The notes beneath the pieces were generated by a model. It was not told where the DNA came from and did not search any database. It saw only the letters and a program-made list of their open reading frames with translations. Shown piece after piece: positions 61,061-64,000 of a stretch of DNA of 64,000 bases; position 1 is the stretch's first letter; each line of letters starts with the position of its first letter. The position numbers were made by a program, and so were the translations under genes. The DNA comes from Amphiscolops sp. MND2022 (taxonomy: Eukaryota): the NCBI GenBank assembly GCA_964187785.1, contig OZ076409.1, forward strand, positions 55,678,001-55,742,000. Reading direction: 5' to 3'.

Positions 61061-64000
61061 ATTTGCCACGACTCTGCTTTAATGAAAAACTACGAATTAG
61101 ACAATATATAATTTCTGACCTCTCTACTGTTTACTACACTGAATATTATTCATCACTTAAAGAAACTTCATCAGCTGACTGGCAGCAGCAGCTGAAAAAT
61201 ACTCCTATCAAACTCCACGACTCGGACTACCAGTCCGATAGACAGCAATACAATACTAATACTATACGCCCTCTCCCACTCATTGATAACTATAATCCCT
61301 ATTATCCGGACCCAGATTTTGGTTTTGACCCCTATTGGGACATTCAGATCTACAATCAACATCATCTCAATTTCTATAACAAGTTCCACACAAATTTTAC
61401 GGAAATAGAACCTGGCTCATATGAAACTGACCAAAATCTCAACAAGGCTCTGACCAAGGCTCTTGTCGACCCATGGCAGAGAAAATGCTCCGCCACTAGT
61501 ATGGCTACTCAGGACGAAACAATGAAGGAGACCGCTCCAGACGGTCCTGTGGTCACGCTAGCTGCAACAGTGGAAGAACGGTTTGTGAACACGTTAATCT
61601 CACGACTCGGCGAACCCGACTACGTCCCGTTGACTACCAACCTCGGACTAAAATACAAGAGACGCATGCTCTACTTTCCAATGGATTTTGGCGAACTAAC
61701 CTTAGATGGCCTTGTAGACACGGGAGCCCTATCTAGCGCAATCCCAGAAGCTGATCTACGTAAAATCCGATTATTAGCCCCTCAGTCAATAATTAAAGAG
61801 GGCCCAGCTCCCAACTTCCAGATAATGGTAGCTAACGGACAGCTGGAGACTCCAAAGAGTACTGTCGAACTCAAATTTGAGGTCGGGGACATCGATTTCC
61901 ATGAAATCTTCATAGTTATGGAAAAACTTACGAGTCCACTAATTGGCCTTTCGTTCCTCCAACGGAACAATACCATATTAGATATGAGACAGGGAATTCT
62001 AAATTTCCCATTCTTCTCCATGCAATTGAAAACAGCGGATCACAAGTACACCAACGTCATGGAACCCATCTGCGCACGGGGGGATATAACAATTCCCCCC
62101 AATGATAGACACATGGTCTCTATGTATTCTCAACTATACGATGACGCGAATGTCACTGGAATTCTTCAACCGAGCAATGACCTTGCAGATGATGGAGATA
62201 TAACATTCTGTGCTGCTCTTGTCACTTTGACTCAAGGTCAGCTTACGATCCACGTGAACAACTTCAGTGACCAATCACACACCATCAAAAGAGGTTCACA
62301 CATCGCTAATTTCTCCGTCCTCAAGCCAGAACAGTTGAAATACGTCAAACCCATTGACCCAGTGACCACATGGCACCTTTTACAAGATAATCCCGAGAAT
62401 GCCGCCTACTATGCCAGCAGTCTCATCAAATCTCCGAAAACTGACGATAGTAGCGAACACTATTGGTTTCCTACTCCGGAAGACCCCGGAGACCCTCAAA
62501 CACATACACCAATACAACAACGGATCCTGAAAGAATTACAAAACCTACAGGAATTAGAGAAACTTAACCCTCAAGATGACATTGAGTCCAGAAAACAGTT
62601 TCTCGCCAACTTTGATTGGGCAGACTCGACGCTCAACCCAACGGAAATTGCCCAAATTGAAGAACTCCTGGTTGAATTTCATGACATTTTTGCTCGACAC
62701 CGCTTCGATATAGGCATGAATGAGGATTTCAAGATCAAACTGACTCCTAAAGATGACTCCCCTGCCTATAGTCAAAGTTTGCCCACACCAATTAACCTCA
62801 AAGAAGACATTCTTGTTGAATTAGCACTACTACACCGATATGGGATTATAACAACACTCCCGTTCTCAAAATACGCCAGTCCTATTTTTGCCCAGAAAAA
62901 ACCCAATGGCAAGCTGCGACTCTTGGTCGACCTCCGCAAGATCAACAAATTGATTTCTGACGACTACATCAACAATAACCATCCAGTCAGTACGCTAACC
63001 GATGCCGCGCAACACATGGCAGGCAAACGATTATTCTGCAAACTAGACTGTTCTCAAGCATATCACTGCCTCCAGATGGCTGACCAGAGGTCAATTGAGA
63101 TGCTGGCTTTCAACTTCGCCAGCAGAACCTTTGCCTATCGCAGACTTGCGCAAGGTCTGAGTAGGGCCCTGTCAGCCTTCTCGAGCTTTATGCGCGAATA
63201 TTTGGACAAAGTGATCAAAGCAGACCAATGCGCTCAGTATGTTGATGATATTGGGATTGCTGCCAACAACACTACGCAACTTATCAACAACCTTCGGGCA
63301 ACTTTTGAGTGCATTAGGACTGCAGGTCTTAAACTAACGATGCATAAATGCCACTTTGGTGCCAAAGAAATTGACTTCCTGGGACGCACTATCACTCCTG
63401 AAGGAGTGCGGCCACAACGACCCAGAGTCCAAAACTTCCTAGAGAAAACGAAATTCCCAAAGTCCAAAAAAGCACTCCAAAGATACTTGGGCTTCCTGAA
63501 CTATTACCGTAACTACATTCCAAGGCTTCCAGAACAACTGACACCCTTTTTCAAACTACTGAAAAATGATGCAAAGGTCACAGTCACACCTGATCTGTTA
63601 GAACAATTCACCGATATCAACAAAGCTCTTGACCGATGTTGCGAACTTGCACTCAAACAACCTCTGCCCAATAAACAAATAGCATTAATGACTGATGCTA
63701 GTTTCTCGGCAGCAGGTTATGCAGTTCTCATCGAGGACGATCCAATGCAGAAATATAGTTCAACGCGAAAAGCGTTTGCACCAATAGCATATGGATCCAA
63801 GACCTTTAGTCCCGCCCAACTGAAAATGTCCATCTATGCAAAAGAATTCCTAGCGATATTCTTTGCCTTCAAGGAGTTTGGACACATCTTTTGGGGGACC
63901 CCGAAACCGGTGACCATACTAACAGACAACAAATCAGTTACTCGCTTTTTTCAAACTAAAATCATTCCGCCAACTTTGTGGAATGCGTGTGACTACGTTA
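61051..64000 (+). CDS. pol: Pol polyprotein (PR, dUTPase-like region, RT, RNase H), -1 frame relative to gag, 3' incomplete
   Basis: Read manually, stop-free from 61045 to 64000 (absent from the ORF track because it has no stop). Motifs: LVDTGALSS; KLRLLVDLRKIN; KLDCSQAYH; LAQGL; QYVDDI; MTDASF; YAKEFLAI; LTDNKS. Confidence 0.95.

Larger units (their letters stand above)
58511..64000 (+). mobile_element. Apparently intact young Ty3/Gypsy LTR retrotransposon (runs off the window)
   Basis: TGTAAC start; uninterrupted gag and pol in PR-RT-RH order. Confidence 0.93.

Overview
Eukaryotic, repeat-dense animal-type genomic DNA; an invertebrate source is inferred, not established. It contains one 200-N scaffold gap. 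I can reconstruct one host gene: a 7-exon SLC45-family sugar/H+ symporter (27538-48729, +, 567 aa), with two apparent GC-AG introns and a 14.3 kb TE-filled last intron. The rest is mostly transposons. LTR elements: one intact young Ty3/Gypsy element (LTR, gag, -1 frameshift A AAA AAC, pol open to the window end) and three decayed Gypsy copies. Non-LTR elements: LINE remnants, one with RNase H and an (AC)n tail, plus a CRE-like REL fragment. DNA transposons: Merlin/IS1595-, IS630/Tc1- and hAT/CGGBP1-like relics. About ten co-oriented Helentron-type non-autonomous elements (HINEs) are also present. The most unusual structure is a nested cluster at 21250-27171. There, MITEs with four different TIR arm types share one hairpin-rich internal core, insert into each other, and appear to have recombined through that core, giving a chimeric element and a tandem duplication. 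No prokaryotic system or CRISPR array is supported. All calls come from manual reading; no searches were run.
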